Shown piece by piece: positions 33,835 through 36,079 of a stretch of 36,079 bases of DNA; positions within the stretch are counted from its first letter, which is position 1; every line of letters starts with the position of its first letter. This stretch comes from Catajapyx aquilonaris (lineage: Eukaryota). The notes below the pieces were generated by a model. That model did no database searches. It saw nothing but the letters and a program-made list of their open reading frames with translations, and was not told the DNA's origin. The stretch lies in assembly GCA_000934665.2 (NCBI GenBank), contig JYFJ02003970.1, positions 1 to 36,079 on the forward strand, in the 5' to 3' direction. The translations under genes and the position numbers were made by a program.

Positions 33835-35183
33835 CTGGAATGCACAAAATGGCCAGTAAAAAAAATTAGTATGCGCTTCCCAGAATATTTGGCATGGACT
33901 AGATTCCATTTTGTGTGTGCGGTTCAGGCATATTTTTCTGCGTTTATTTTCTAACCAATCTAAAATCCACTGGGTAAGAGCACAAAACTAGACCCGATGA
34001 GAAATGATATATCAGACGGCATTGAAATGTCAGCACAAAATCAGCATTTTAAAAATTTTCCCCTGGCAAATGACGTCAGGAAGCTCAAATCCTTTTACTT
34101 TTTTTTTACCATCACACGTACACACCAGTTAAGGCCAATTAAGTCGTCCAGTGATTCACATACTGGGAGGCAACAATTGGCAAATTAGAGACACACACAA
34201 AAAAAGTCGTCTCTCCAGCTCATTAGTATGCAATCACAGGACACCCTTAGGCCCAAGTGTTGTAACATTACCTACAATGCTCTAACGGGAAAAAGACTTC
34301 ACGGTTCTCTTCACTTGGCCTTCAGTGCTTCACATTCTACGGGTTTTGCCCCGGAATCTGTGCATGCGACTATACACACACACACACACACAAAAGTGTG
34401 CAATTATGATCATTATTAACAAGTATGATCATAATTTTCCTCATCATGCCACATACCTTGCAGTGTTGCACCTATAACCTGATCTCTGCTGTGTTGTTTT
34501 CGTGAAATCAGGTTACAAGAGTAACCCCAACGATAGCCGCGATAAAAGCTCTCGGTACACTCTGACGGCCTATAGTGCACTCAACTATCTTTTCAGGCCG
34601 TAAACACAAACCAGTCTCCAGCCATTTTTTTAAACAACTAAAAGCCTGTGGGCTTTAGTTATGTTTACTCTCTAAGAACACAGTTTCGCAGAAGACACGT
34701 TCATATACGAATCATTTACTCACTGGACACCATCATGAACATATTTATGCCAGCATCAAATAAGCTCACTGAGAAATTAGGACAAGATAAATTTGCACAC
34801 ATAAAGTAGCAACAAACTCTCATTTTCTGTTTCTAATCAGTAAGACAGACGATATCCAATGGCGCCTTCCTTATTATGCGCGGAAATCCGCAATCTAACA
34901 CGCTAAAAATAGATTTTGCAAAAATTGAAAACAGCACTGACACAACTTATTTTTTTCCCGCACGGTACATTCGTAGTGTAATGTTTGGTAGATTCCTTTT
35001 TGCACAGGAATGTTCGCTCTTTTGTTATAGGCATGCATTCTGTATAGAAATGCCTGCGGCACAATGCAAACTCATACATACACTGTGCACAATGCATATA
35101 TAGTTGGGGGCCCTGCATAAACATCCTGGCGCCATTAAAATGCGTGTTTTTTTATTTGCAGAAGCACGGCCTGTATAGATGTA

Positions 35184-35603
35184 CAGGGTGGTACGAAATA
35201 AAAAATGGCTTCATCCCGCACATTTCAGTAAAATAACACGACCTGTTTCCCTGAAATTCCAGATGGTACACGACCGGTTTTTATTCTGCGTCGTGTCGCT
35301 CAATTTCCAAGGCCTGGTTTTAATGCATGTAACCGGCTCTCAAGGCCTAACTCAAGTTTCCAAAACGGGGCTATAGGAGCATGTTACCTTTCAACATGAA
35401 GGCAACTCGCACTATATTCAAAAGCATATAAATCCAGCTATAGGAATTCCTCATTGGCTAATTAATAGTTCACGAAATCTTGGCCTTTACGTAGATGTAA
35501 TTGAGGTCTCAAATTGCCGAATTATCATACGCTGGAAACTGCACGAGTTTAACAATACCCGGTCGCAGTTTTGGCTCAAGATTAACATATCAATAACACC
35601 CTG
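35184..35603. mobile_element. Non-autonomous Tc1/mariner-like element, 420 bp
   Basis: TA|CAGGGTG ... CACCCTG|TA, giving short terminal inverted repeats with a TA target duplication; no transposase ORF. Confidence 0.7.
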
Positions 35604-36036
35604 TAGTTTTCGTCATATTCACCTGGAAATCTGTTTGCTCCGATTGAGTTACCAAGCAAGGTGTGGCTAAATTGGGCTCGTTCGGAAGCTAATTGTAATG
35701 AAAATTGGTAACTCAAACCTGTGAGAAATATACCGCCGAGGCCAAACAACCTGAGACGGAATCTTGTGTTGTCTAATAAACTTAAACGAGCCGTTTAAAA
35801 TATATTGATGGCACTTAACTATATCATATCCGATGATTGGCACTTAATAAAATGGATATGACTATTTTAAGTAACATCACACGATTTAAACAATGTTTCC
35901 CGTCCGCGGTTTCCTATATATAAAATTAAATGATTATAACCTAAGAAACGGAGAGGAGTGGCTGTACTTTTTGCACGCGGATTTTTGCACAAGTTATTTT
36001 TATCCAGGAGGGGACAGCTACACAAATTTATTCGTT

Positions 36037-36040
<4 letters not shown>

Positions 36041-36079
<39 letters not shown>
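36041..36079. repeat. (TA)n microsatellite, truncated by the window end
   Basis: Directly visible. Confidence 0.99.

Noticed and set aside
33835..36040. Further ANKRD 5' exons, including ankyrin repeats
   Set aside because: No frame-compatible exon with recognisable sequence was found; the region appears intronic.

Overview
Eukaryotic genomic DNA, most likely a non-dipteran arthropod or insect (inferred from short 53-68 nt GT-AG introns, insect-type gene sequences and a tRNA-derived SINE). The window has two halves. About 1-15.9 kb is gene-poor and filled with MITE-like palindromes, Tc1/mariner-like CAGGGTG-ended elements, minisatellites, a SINE, an orphan array of promoter motifs, exon-like islands and repeated CTCF-like sites. 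About 15.9-36 kb is a very compact cluster of six spliced genes: eIF1/SUI1 (-), a BTB plus 3x pipsqueak-HTH transcription factor (+), a small secreted single-TSP1-domain protein (+), a PTP1B/TC-PTP/Ptp61F-type phosphatase (-), TMEM70 (+) and the 3' part of an ANKRD11/12 homolog (-). Gene models were built by hand from splice sites and reading-frame continuity; no database searches were run. Most ORFs in the supplied track are antisense shadows or repeat artefacts.
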